Source: Candidatus Eiseniibacteriota bacterium (lineage in GTDB: Bacteria > Eisenbacteria > RBG-16-71-46 > CAIMUX01 > VGJL01). From it: a DNA stretch of 64,000 nt. The position numbers were made by a program, and so were the translations under genes. How positions within the stretch are numbered: the stretch's first letter is position 1; each line of letters begins with the position of its first letter. The notes under the pieces were generated by a model, which made no database searches, was not told the origin of the DNA, and saw nothing but the letters and a program-made list of their open reading frames with translations. Shown piece by piece: positions 9,237 to 25,153 of this stretch. The DNA is taken from the NCBI GenBank assembly GCA_041946735.1, contig JBHGAY010000028.1, positions 1 through 64,000 on the forward strand. Direction: 5' to 3'.

Positions 9237-11513
9237 ATGGTCCACAGATTGATATGGAGGTCCCTGGCGCTCGTTCTCCTCGCCTCGGCCGTCTGGGTGG
9301 GAGCCGCGAGCGCTGCGATGCAGCCCTGGTCCGACGTCTCCCCTTCCTCGATCCCTTCGACCGGTGAGCGATGGATCGCTCCCGATTCCTATCGCGCGTT
9401 GGCGCTGGACGTCCCCGCGCTCGAAGACTTCCTCGCCGCAGTCCCTCTCGAGGGAACCGACGCAGCGAGTGCCGGCCGCGCGGAGATCTCGCTCCCTCTT
9501 CCCGACGGCAGTCTGGGGCGTTTCTCGATCGTCGAGAGTCCCGTCATGGCGCCCGAGCTGCAAGCGCGCTATCCGGAGATCCGCACCTACGCGGGATACG
9601 GCCTCGATGATCCCTCGGCGCACGTTCGCCTCGATCTGACTCCGCATGGGTTCCACGCGCAGATCCGGTCCGCGAACGGCTCGATCTACATTGATCCCTA
9701 CCAGCAGAACGACACGGTGCACTACCAGAGCTACCTCAAAAGCGACCTGCGGTCGCATAGCATGCTGGAAGGCTGCACGGTCATCGATGAGGACGGAATG
9801 TCGGAGGAGATCCACCGGCTGATGGGCGGAGCCCAGGGCCGAAGCGGCGCGAATCTCCGCACGTACCGGACGGCGATCGCCGCGACCGGCGAGTACACGA
9901 CATTCCACGGCGGCACCGTTCCGCTCGGCCTCGCCGCCGTCGTCACCGCGCTCAACCGAGTGGACGGAGTGTACGAGGATGAGGTGGCGGTCCGGATGGT
10001 GTTGGTCGCCAACAACGACCTGCTCATTTACACGAACGGGAACACCGACCCGTACACGAACAACGACGGCTACACGATGCTGGGCCAGAACCAGGCGAAC
10101 ATCGACGCCGTGATCGGCTCGGCGAACTACGACATCGGCCACGTCTTCTCGACCGGCGGCGGTGGGATCGCGGGCCTCGGCGTCGTCTGCAGGGCCGGGA
10201 ACAAGGCGCGCGGTGTCACCGGCTTGTTCGCGCCGATCGGTGACGCCTTCTATATCGATTACGTGGCCCACGAGATGGGGCACCAGTACGGATCGAACCA
10301 CTGCTTCAACGGAAACGCGGGCGCCTGCGGAGGCGGCAACCGCTACGGGCCGACCGCCTACGAGCCGGGCAGCGGATCGACGATCATGGCGTACGCCGGA
10401 ATCTGCGGGAGCCAGAACCTGCAGTTGCATAGCGACGCCTACTTCGTCTGGATCAGCCTCCAGGAGATCGTCACGTATACGACGGTCGGTGCGGGGAGCG
10501 TCTGCCCGGTCACGACTCCGGCCGGCGTGATCGAGCCGGTGGCGGACGCCGGCCCCGGCGGCTACACGATTCCGATCAGCACGCCGTTCACGCTCACCGG
10601 TTCGGCGACGACGACCGGCACGGCAAGCTACTGCTGGGAGGAAGCGGACCTCGGACCGGCCGGACACCCCAACACGCCGACCGGCAATGCCCCGATCTTC
10701 CGCTCCTTCTTCGCCACCGATTCTCCGCAGCGGACCTTCCCGAAGCTCTCCGATCTGCTGAACAACAGCCAGACGATCGGGGAGATTCTTCCGTCCTACG
10801 CGCGGACTCTCAACTTCCGTCTGACGGTTCGTGACGTGCAGCCGGGCGGGGTCGGAGTGAACACCGACGCGATGACGGCGTCCATCACGGTCGACTCGCA
10901 CGGACCGTTCCGGGTCACCTATCCCAACGATGTGGTGAACTGGACCGGTGGGAACCAGGAGACGATCACCTGGGACGTCGCGGGAACCAACGCGGCTCCC
11001 ATCAACTGCCAGACGGTGAACATCCTGCTTTCCACCGACGGCGGGACGACCTGGCCGACGGCGATCGTCTCCGGCACGCCGAACGACGGCTCCGAAGCGA
11101 TCACGGTTCCCAACGTCGACGCGCCTACTGCGCGCATCAAGGTCGAGGCTGCGGACAACATCTTCTTCGACATCAGCAACCGCAACTTCGTCATCGAGCC
11201 GACTCCGGCGGGCGTCGAGCCCCTCGCTGCGGCCGCGGGCCTCACGCTCTACGCCAACCATCCGAATCCGTTCAACCCGGAGACGACGATCGGCTTCGAG
11301 ATCCCCCAGACCGCGGACGTCGCGCTGCGCGTGTACGATCCTGCCGGACGCCTTGTGCGCACGCTCCTCGAGGGCCGGATGCCGGCAGGGCGCCATCAGA
11401 GCCTGTGGGACGGCCGGGACGACCACGGCCGCGCAGTCACGACCGGCGTGTATCTCTACAGACTCTCCGCGATCGGCCGGACCCTGACGGGAAGGATGAC
11501 GATCGTCAGATAG
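9237..11513 (+). CDS. Secreted reprolysin-like (M12B) zinc metalloprotease with C-terminal FlgD-Ig domain, ~758 aa
   Basis: Signal peptide, zinc motif HEMGHQYGSNH and Met-turn 'GSTIMAYAG'. C-terminal 'NHPNPFNPET...VYDPAGRLVRTL...WDGRDDHG...GVYLYRL'. Confidence 0.92.
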   Translation: MVHRLIWRSLALVLLASAVWVGAASAAMQPWSDVSPSSIPSTGERWIAPDSYRALALDVPALEDFLAAVPLEGTDAASAGRAEISLPLPDGSLGRFSIVESPVMAPELQARYPEIRTYAGYGLDDPSAHVRLDLTPHGFHAQIRSANGSIYIDPYQQNDTVHYQSYLKSDLRSHSMLEGCTVIDEDGMSEEIHRLMGGAQGRSGANLRTYRTAIAATGEYTTFHGGTVPLGLAAVVTALNRVDGVYEDEVAVRMVLVANNDLLIYTNGNTDPYTNNDGYTMLGQNQANIDAVIGSANYDIGHVFSTGGGGIAGLGVVCRAGNKARGVTGLFAPIGDAFYIDYVAHEMGHQYGSNHCFNGNAGACGGGNRYGPTAYEPGSGSTIMAYAGICGSQNLQLHSDAYFVWISLQEIVTYTTVGAGSVCPVTTPAGVIEPVADAGPGGYTIPISTPFTLTGSATTTGTASYCWEEADLGPAGHPNTPTGNAPIFRSFFATDSPQRTFPKLSDLLNNSQTIGEILPSYARTLNFRLTVRDVQPGGVGVNTDAMTASITVDSHGPFRVTYPNDVVNWTGGNQETITWDVAGTNAAPINCQTVNILLSTDGGTTWPTAIVSGTPNDGSEAITVPNVDAPTARIKVEAADNIFFDISNRNFVIEPTPAGVEPLAAAAGLTLYANHPNPFNPETTIGFEIPQTADVALRVYDPAGRLVRTLLEGRMPAGRHQSLWDGRDDHGRAVTTGVYLYRLSAIGRTLTGRMTIVR

Positions 11514-11558
11514 TACGACGAAAGCGCGCTCGCCGGCGCACCTGTCGTCCTCGTCCAA

Positions 11559-11599
11559 CGGCGACCGTCCTCTCGATCGAGGGGGCGGTCGCCGCTTTT
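11559..11599 (+). terminator. Probable intrinsic terminator after the metalloprotease gene
   Basis: Hairpin CGGCGACCGTCCTCTCG-AT-CGAGGGGGCGGTCGCCG followed by CTTTT. Confidence 0.7.
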
Positions 11600-11653
11600 G
11601 TCATCGATCGGCAGCAAGAACCGGGGGGCCGGCCGGCGAGGGAGCGCCAGGCC

Positions 11654-12844
11654 TCAGAATGCGGACCCGGCGCTTCCGTCGTACTCGTCGCCGCTCGGAT
11701 CCATCGAGTTGCCCGAGACGTCCGTGCCCCGGAATTGGAAGACCAGATGGGATGGGTCGATTCGAGCGTCCGCCGCCGCGTTCTGCAGGATCCGGAAGCG
11801 GATGGTCGCGCGGTAGGTGCGCGGATCGTAGGAGACGGAGACGGGGATCGGTGAGACCGCGGCGTCGGCCTGCGGAAACAGGTTCGCGCCGTAGTTGTAG
11901 GCTCCGCCTGGACCCCCCGTCGCCTTGCGGATCGACCAGTTGTAGACGTTCTGCACGGAGCCGATGTCCATCCTCTGGTTGAACTGCAGGACGATCGTGA
12001 AAGTCTCGGACGCACCCGCCGCGGCGAGGGTGGGATCGAGATCGGCCAGCGAGGTCCCGGGTCCGAGACGGGAAGGGAAGCTGCTGCTGGTCGCATCCTG
12101 GAAGAGGATCTTCGGCGTGTACATCGTCAGCTGCACTTCGCCCGCGAGCGCCGTCGCTTCCTCTGTCTGCAACGAGAGAAGAGTCTGCACCTGACTCTCC
12201 GCCATCTCCGGCTGTTCGAGCGCGAGGTAGGAGTAGGCAAGGTCCGCGTACGCGGCGGCGTACCCGCGATCGCGCTGGATCGCCCGCTCGAACTCGGAAA
12301 CCGCTTCCCGGTAGCGCCCTTCCTGATGGAACACGAGACCGAGACTGTAGTGGGCAGCCGCTTCGTTCGGTGAGAGCCGGACCGCTTTCGCGAGCTGCGT
12401 CTCGGCTTCCGCGAGACGGCCGGTCGCGAGATAGATGTGGCCCAGCGAGGCGGCCGGGCCGGCCCAGGTGGGATGCAGCTTCGCGATCTGCAGAAACTCT
12501 TGCTCGGCTTCCGGGTACCGCTCGTTCGTCATGTACAGCCGGGCGAGGTCCTCGCGCGCCTCGGTCGCTGCCGGGTCGACCTGGACGGCTCTCCGGTACG
12601 CGAGAACCGCCTCTTCCGTTCGGCCCTGGGCGGCAAAGGTCGCCCCCAGATAGCGTTGGGCCTCGATCAGATCTGGTTTGAAAGCGACGGCCCGCTGAAA
12701 CTCGATGCGGGCAAGGTCGTACTCTTTCGCCGCGAACCTGGTCGCGCCCCGGCCAAGTGCCGAGTATGCGATCGACTCCCGCTGGGCCTGCTGGCTAGAG
12801 AGCGCGGAGACCAGCGAGTCGACCGAACCCGACGTGATGTCCAC
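11654..12844 (-). CDS. Tetratricopeptide repeat protein with beta-rich C-terminal domain, 396 aa
   Basis: About 6 TPR helical pairs (e.g. 'AAAHYSLGLVFHQEGRYREAVSEFERAI'). GTG start with GGAGGG RBS. Confidence 0.85.
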   Translation of the reverse strand: MDITSGSVDSLVSALSSQQAQRESIAYSALGRGATRFAAKEYDLARIEFQRAVAFKPDLIEAQRYLGATFAAQGRTEEAVLAYRRAVQVDPAATEAREDLARLYMTNERYPEAEQEFLQIAKLHPTWAGPAASLGHIYLATGRLAEAETQLAKAVRLSPNEAAAHYSLGLVFHQEGRYREAVSEFERAIQRDRGYAAAYADLAYSYLALEQPEMAESQVQTLLSLQTEEATALAGEVQLTMYTPKILFQDATSSSFPSRLGPGTSLADLDPTLAAAGASETFTIVLQFNQRMDIGSVQNVYNWSIRKATGGPGGAYNYGANLFPQADAAVSPIPVSVSYDPRTYRATIRFRILQNAAADARIDPSHLVFQFRGTDVSGNSMDPSGDEYDGSAGSAF

Positions 12845-12958
12845 CGCGATTCCCCTCCGATCCTCGGATCTCTCAATTCCGCTATGGGATCCCCGAGCCG
12901 TCGTCCCCTGCAGGAGCCGCGCGCGAGCGGCACGAACGCCCGTGTGTCACCTGCTTGA

Positions 12959-12985
12959 GTATCGGCCGACGCCTCTCACGCTTGA
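12959..12985 (-). promoter_or_regulatory. Sigma-28 (FliA/SigD)-type promoter upstream of the TPR gene
   Basis: Minus strand reads TCAA-N15-GCCGATAC, against the consensus TAAA-N15-GCCGATAA, about 115 bp upstream of the start. Confidence 0.6.
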
Positions 12986-13089
12986 CCCACTTCCTGCCCT
13001 GCGCTCATCGCGTAGCCAGGTCGCAGCCCGCCCGGCGCCGCCGTCGGGAGCCGGCCAGCGCCGAAACGGGTCCGGACGGCGGGAAAGCT

Positions 13090-13118
13090 TTGGCCACCAA
13101 AGACTTTTGTGTTACAAT
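13090..13118 (+). promoter_or_regulatory. Sigma-70-type promoter (extended -10) for the 13236 gene
   Basis: TTGGCC-17 bp-TACAAT, with TG immediately upstream (TGtTACAAT), in an AT-richer patch. Confidence 0.55.
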
Positions 13119-13235
13119 GGCTTCGCTCCACCCGATGGGTATGCAGGAGCCTCGGCCGGGGCTCACTCTGCGGGTGGCTAAACGTGCACGTTGCCGTCGA
13201 GCATGACGGTGAACTCAAGTCTCTTGGAGGTCGAC

Positions 13236-14012
13236 ATGAAGAAACTGCTAGCGTTCCTCGCTCTCGGTCTGATGGTTACGGGAAGCGCCTTTGCCGTCGG
13301 CAGCTCGGATCCGAGCATCCCGATGAACAATGACGGTTGGATCATCGGGCCCGACCGTGCGGACGTGCTGCTCATCTCGACGACGGACGTCGCATTGAAC
13401 GGCGCTCTCGACCAGCTCGGCGTCGTCTACGACTACTACGCTGGCGAGGACTTCTCCGGCGTGGATCTCAGCGGCTACACCCACGTGTTCGTCGCGATGG
13501 ACGGTGGGTTGGTGGAAGGGCCGAGCGTCTCCCACGGAGCCGACTTCGCAACGGCGGGCGGCCATCTCCACTTCTATGGCGGGACGTGCTACCAGCCGTT
13601 CGCGATGGCGGTGAACGACTACCTCGTCCAGAACGACATCAACAACTACTGCTGGCAGACGGTCGGTGGAGTTCCTCATTCGACGGTCACCGATCCGAAC
13701 AACTGCCTCGCCATCGGGCTTCCCAGTTCCTACAACTTCGCGGACATCTCGGCTACCTACTATTCGCTCCGGGCGACCGATCCGGGCATTGCGGTCGCGG
13801 CGGTCAACGGGGATGGGGTTCCTCACCTCTTCTCGAAGGCGATCGGCGCAGGCAGCTTCGATATCTGCATCAACAGCCCGTACGTTTCCTACTACAACAA
13901 CGGCTCGGACTTCGACTGGCTGAAGACCGTCGTCAACAACATGCTGAACTGCGGCGGTCCCGTCGCGGTCCAGGAGACGACGCTCGGCCGTGTGAAGGCT
14001 CTCTACCGCTAA
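13236..14012 (+). CDS. Secreted hypothetical protein with C-terminal '(T/S)xGxxKxxY/R' tail, ~258 aa
   Basis: RBS GGAGG, signal peptide MKKLLAFLALGLMVTGSAFA, ends 'PVAVQETTLGRVKALYR'. Confidence 0.85.
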   Translation: MKKLLAFLALGLMVTGSAFAVGSSDPSIPMNNDGWIIGPDRADVLLISTTDVALNGALDQLGVVYDYYAGEDFSGVDLSGYTHVFVAMDGGLVEGPSVSHGADFATAGGHLHFYGGTCYQPFAMAVNDYLVQNDINNYCWQTVGGVPHSTVTDPNNCLAIGLPSSYNFADISATYYSLRATDPGIAVAAVNGDGVPHLFSKAIGAGSFDICINSPYVSYYNNGSDFDWLKTVVNNMLNCGGPVAVQETTLGRVKALYR

Positions 14013-14048
14013 GAGCAACTGCGAGCCGATCGGAGTCGTTTCGTAAGG

Positions 14049-14079
14049 GACGGCCGGGGGCGAAGCGCCCCCGGCCGTC
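14049..14079. terminator. Perfect 14-bp hairpin between convergent genes (possible bidirectional terminator)
   Basis: GACGGCCGGGGGCG-AAG-CGCCCCCGGCCGTC. The U tract is weak. Confidence 0.6.
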
Positions 14080-14159
14080 TCTCATGCCTGTCCCACTCGC
14101 TGCCTGCCCCATCCGCTGCTCCGCTCCGACGAACAGCCCTCGTATGGTGCAGACTCTGC

Positions 14160-16094
14160 TTAGGGGATCGAGACTCCGTGAGACTCGGCCACCGATAGGA
14201 TCGTCTGCAGCAACCGCGACGGCTCCACCGGCTTGGTGAGATGGGTGAGGAATCCGGCGAGCAGGCTGGCGTCCACGTCCTGTTCCTGGCCATGTCCGCT
14301 CAGCGCGATCGCGGGCAGGCGAATGCCCAGGTCGCGGATGCGGGCCATGAGATCCAGCCCGCTTCCGTCGGGCAGTCCGAGATCGCTGATCAACAGATCG
14401 AACCGCTCCCGATGGGCGATCTCGACGCCAGCGGCGACGCTCGATGCGGTCTGCACCTCGTGTCCCTGCAGACCCAGCAAGCGCTCCATCGCCCACACCG
14501 TGTCCTCGTGATCCTCGACGAGAAGGATCTTCAGCCGCAACGCGGGAGCCTTCTCTTCGGCCGGGGGAGGAACGGATCGGGCGGTGGAGGCGAGGGCAGC
14601 CGACTCGTCGAGCGGGAGTCGGACGAGGAACAGGGAGCCAAGTCCCTTGCCGCCGCTCCGCGCCTCGATGGAGCCCCCGTGAAGCTCCACCAGCGCCTTG
14701 CTGATCGCCAGCCCGAGCCCGAGCCCGCCGAGCTTGCGTGGGGCTTCCGCTTGCTCGAACGCGTCGAAGATCCGCTCGAGCAAGCTCGGCTCGATACCGG
14801 CGCCGTCGTCCTCGATCTCGGCAAGGACGGTCGAGCCTCCATCGCGCCGGCAGCTCACGCGCACGCGCCCGCCCGGAGGCGTGAACTTGATCGCGTTCTT
14901 CAGAAGATTCCACAAGACCTGTTGCAGCCTCGCCCCGTCGCCCTCGACCGGGAACGGTCCCGGCTCGATCGCCATCTCGAGGTCGAGATCCGCCGCCTCG
15001 AGATCGGCGTGGCACACCTCGATCGCCTCGCGCAAGACCTCGGCGAGATCGAGGGGACGCCGCGACAGCTCGATCTTGCCTCGCGCAATCCGCGTGAGAT
15101 CGAGGAGATCGTCGATCAGGCGCGCCTCCAGTTCGACGTTGCGCCGGATGACTGCGAGACCCTCCCGGGCTTGCGGGGCGAGCCCCACTTCGGACTGGAG
15201 CATGCCGATCGTCGCCAGGACGGGGGTGAGAGGAGTCCGCAGCTCGTGTGACAGGACGGCGAGGAAGTAGTCCTTCGCCCGGTTCGCCTCCTCGGCCGCC
15301 GCTTTCGCGCGCACCAGCTCGGTCACGTCGGTCATTGCGGCGGTTACTCCGGAGATCACGCCCGAGGGACCGAACAGCGGCTCCGCCGTCACGTCATAGC
15401 AGAGCGTCCCGGTCTCGTCGATGCGGATGGTGATCTGGCGCCGGATGCGCGCGCCGCTCCTCAGCACGTCGCACTTCAGGTCGGTCAGCTCCCGCACGTT
15501 CTCGGGTGCGAACAGCTCGTCGTCGCGCTTGCCTTCCATCTGGCCGGCGGTCAGGCCGTCCCATGGGTTGTACACCCAGACATACCGGAGGTCGGCGTCG
15601 CAGGAGTGGACCGAGATCGCCGAGTTGGACAATGCGATGCGAAAGCGCTCCTCGCTCACCCGCAGCGCTTGCTCGACCTCCCTGCGACGTTTCTGCTCCT
15701 GAGCCTCGCCCAGCGCGCGGCGAACGACGGAGCCGAGGCGGGAGAGCCGGTCCTTCAGCACGTAGTCGGTCGCGCCGCGCCGAAGCGTCTCGGTGGCGAG
15801 TTCCTCTCCCAGGGCCCCGGTCACGAACACGAACGGGACGGACGGAAGGCGGCTCTGGCGCATTTCCAGCGCCTCCAGCCCATCGAACGCCGGGAGGCGA
15901 TAGTCGGCCAGGATGAGATCGCACTCCGCCTTCTCGAGCTCCCGAAGGAAATCGGCCCGACTCCCGACGGTGCGGATGTCGGCGTCGATTCCTTCGGCGG
16001 CCAGCGCGTGGTGCACGAGGATCGCGTCCTGCGGATCATCCTCGAGGTGCAGGATGCGGAACCGAGCCTCTACCCGCTCGCCGTGTCCGTCCAT
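14160..16094 (-). CDS. Hybrid histidine kinase REC-PAS-HisKA-HATPase-REC, ~644 aa
   Basis: N-terminal 'ILHLEDD...LADYRLP', H-box 'LSHELRTPL', 'NLLKNAIKFT', 'GGLGLGL', C-terminal 'LLVEDH...ISDLGLPD'. Confidence 0.92.
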   Translation of the reverse strand: MDGHGERVEARFRILHLEDDPQDAILVHHALAAEGIDADIRTVGSRADFLRELEKAECDLILADYRLPAFDGLEALEMRQSRLPSVPFVFVTGALGEELATETLRRGATDYVLKDRLSRLGSVVRRALGEAQEQKRRREVEQALRVSEERFRIALSNSAISVHSCDADLRYVWVYNPWDGLTAGQMEGKRDDELFAPENVRELTDLKCDVLRSGARIRRQITIRIDETGTLCYDVTAEPLFGPSGVISGVTAAMTDVTELVRAKAAAEEANRAKDYFLAVLSHELRTPLTPVLATIGMLQSEVGLAPQAREGLAVIRRNVELEARLIDDLLDLTRIARGKIELSRRPLDLAEVLREAIEVCHADLEAADLDLEMAIEPGPFPVEGDGARLQQVLWNLLKNAIKFTPPGGRVRVSCRRDGGSTVLAEIEDDGAGIEPSLLERIFDAFEQAEAPRKLGGLGLGLAISKALVELHGGSIEARSGGKGLGSLFLVRLPLDESAALASTARSVPPPAEEKAPALRLKILLVEDHEDTVWAMERLLGLQGHEVQTASSVAAGVEIAHRERFDLLISDLGLPDGSGLDLMARIRDLGIRLPAIALSGHGQEQDVDASLLAGFLTHLTKPVEPSRLLQTILSVAESHGVSIP

Positions 16095-16609
16095 GAGTCC
16101 TCCATCGGCTCGGGGCCGCGCCACCTCGGAGGCGGCTCGTTGACGGCCGTCCAGAACCGTCCTGCGACCTCTAGGGCCGAGCAGTACCGATCGAAGTCGA
16201 TCACCTTCACCATGTACCCGTTGGCCCCCAGGCCGTAGGCGCGCGTCACGTCTCGCACTTCGCGGGAAGAAGTCAATACGACGACAGGTAGAGACTTGAG
16301 GGCCGGATCCTCCTTGATCTGTCGCAACACCTCGAATCCGTCGATGACTGGCAGCTTCAGATCGAGCAGGACGACGGAGGGTGGGTTCGGCCGAGGCACC
16401 GAGTCGAAGGGAGCCCGTCCGTACAGGTAGGCCAGCGCGAGGCTGCCGTCGGTGACCAGCGTCACCTGCTCGTCCAGGGAACTGCGAGCGAACGCGGCGA
16501 GCGCGAGGCGCGCATCGTTCGGATCGTCATCGACCAAGAGGATCCTTTTCGCAACGTCGCCCAGCAGACTGCTCGGTTGCGCACTTTCTTGTCCGGGTTT
16601 CTCCGTCAT
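16070..16609 (-). CDS. Single-domain response regulator (Rcp1-like), ~179 aa
   Basis: 'ILLVDDD', 'LLDLKLP', 'VVVLTSS', 'GANGYMVK'. ATGA overlap with the upstream kinase stop. Confidence 0.88.
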   Translation of the reverse strand: MTEKPGQESAQPSSLLGDVAKRILLVDDDPNDARLALAAFARSSLDEQVTLVTDGSLALAYLYGRAPFDSVPRPNPPSVVLLDLKLPVIDGFEVLRQIKEDPALKSLPVVVLTSSREVRDVTRAYGLGANGYMVKVIDFDRYCSALEVAGRFWTAVNEPPPRWRGPEPMEDSWTDTASG

Positions 16610-17858
16610 GTGGCATCCTGCCCTTCCTTCGGAAGGGTGAAGTAGAGAGTGGTCCCTTCTCCGGGAATGCTGTCCGCCCAGATCCGCCCCCCGTGCCTCT
16701 GCACGATCCGCCGAACGCTGGCCAGACCGATCCCGGTCCCCTCGAACTCCGTCCGCGGGTGCATCCGCTGGAACACCCCGAACAGCTTCCCCGCATGGCT
16801 CATGTCGAATCCGGCTCCGTTGTCCCGCACCCAAAAAAGCATCTCGGCGCCGCCATTCGCCTGCCAACCGATCTCGATCACCGCCCGCGGCTTCTTGCTC
16901 GTGAACTTGACGGCGTTGTCCAGGAGGTTCCACCACACCTGCCGGAGCATCGGCTCGTCTCCCTGGACGACAGGAAGCGGCGCGACCCTCCATTCGATCT
17001 CCCTCCCCTGCGTTTCCAAGGGAATCCCACGCAACGTCTGATCGAGAAGCAGCGCGAGATCGACCGGCCCCTGGCGCATCTCCGTGCGGCCGAAGCGCGA
17101 GAACTCGAGCAGCCCGTCGACGAGCTGCCCCATGCGAGCGGCCGCCTCGCGGACCGCATGCAGGTACTCGCGCGACTCCTCGTCCAGCTTCTCCGCCGAC
17201 CGTTCCTCGAGCAGCCGTACGAACCCCGCGACGTGGCGTAACGGCGCGCGCAAGTCGTGACTGACCGAGTAGCTGAACTCCTCCAGCTCCTGGTTGGCGG
17301 CCGCCAGCTCCGCGACCCGCGCCGTCAGCTGATCGTTCAGCTTCTGGATCTGCCGCTCCGCCTCCCGCCGTTCGTTCACCTCGAACACGAGCGCCCTCGC
17401 CTTGCGGAACAGCTCGACGAAGACGGCTACCTTGGACCGCAGCACCTCCGGATGCACCGGCTTGCTGAGATAGTCGACGCCCCCGGCTCCGTACCCCTCC
17501 AGGACCTGCTGGTCCTCGCCGTAGTAGGCGGTCAGGAAGAGGATCGGAAGGTCGTGCGTCTTCCGCCGCTGCTTGACCATTTGCGCCAGCTCGATCCCGT
17601 TCATGTCGGGCATCCGCACGTCGAGCACCATGACGGCGAAATCGTCGTCGAGCAGGGCCCGTAGCGCCTCCGCCCCCGACGACGCTCGGACGAGCCGGTA
17701 GTCCGGGGATTCGAGAACGCTCTCGAGGGCGTCGAGGTTGCGCGCGTCGTCGTCGACGAGCAGGATGTTCACCTTTCCATGGATCATCGATCTCGGCCCC
17801 TCCCCGCTCCCCGCCTCGGACGGTCCTGCGCCGGCATCTCCGAGCCGGAAAGCGCTCT

Positions 17859-17862
<4 letters not shown>
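16606..17862 (-). CDS. REC-HisKA-HATPase sensor kinase, ~418 aa
   Basis: 'ILLVDDD...LDVRMP', '[12 protein letters not shown]', 'NLLDNAVKF', 'GTGIGL'. ATG 17862 overlaps the upstream TGA; alternative start at 17787. Confidence 0.92.
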
Positions 17863-24746
<6,884 letters not shown>

Positions 24747-25153
24747 CGACGATTCACACTCCTGAAGAATCACCGCGGCAGTCGCTGGTTTGGCAGTCCA
24801 TCGAATACGGTTGAAGATCGCAGGGGAGGGACAGGTTCGTCAACAAGATGGATTAAAAGAGCAGCCAAGCGAAAAAATGATCATGTACTACTCTTCATGG
24901 CTTACGCGTTTTGTTCTATCGCTGCTGTGTTTTGGCGATGTGCCTGGGTGACACGCAGCCTGTCACCGATCTCGCGTCCGGCCAGGTTTCCGGGAGGCAC
25001 AGGTCGGTCACCCTCGGCCGACGTTCGAGACGATCGACTTCGCGTGCCGACCATTGTTCGGGCGCTCCGGTGATCGGCCTCGCTCTGACCCTGGCCCTCC
25101 ATTTCGCCGCTGGCGCTCTGCGAAAGCGCGACCCGACGCTCTTCCGCGCACCT

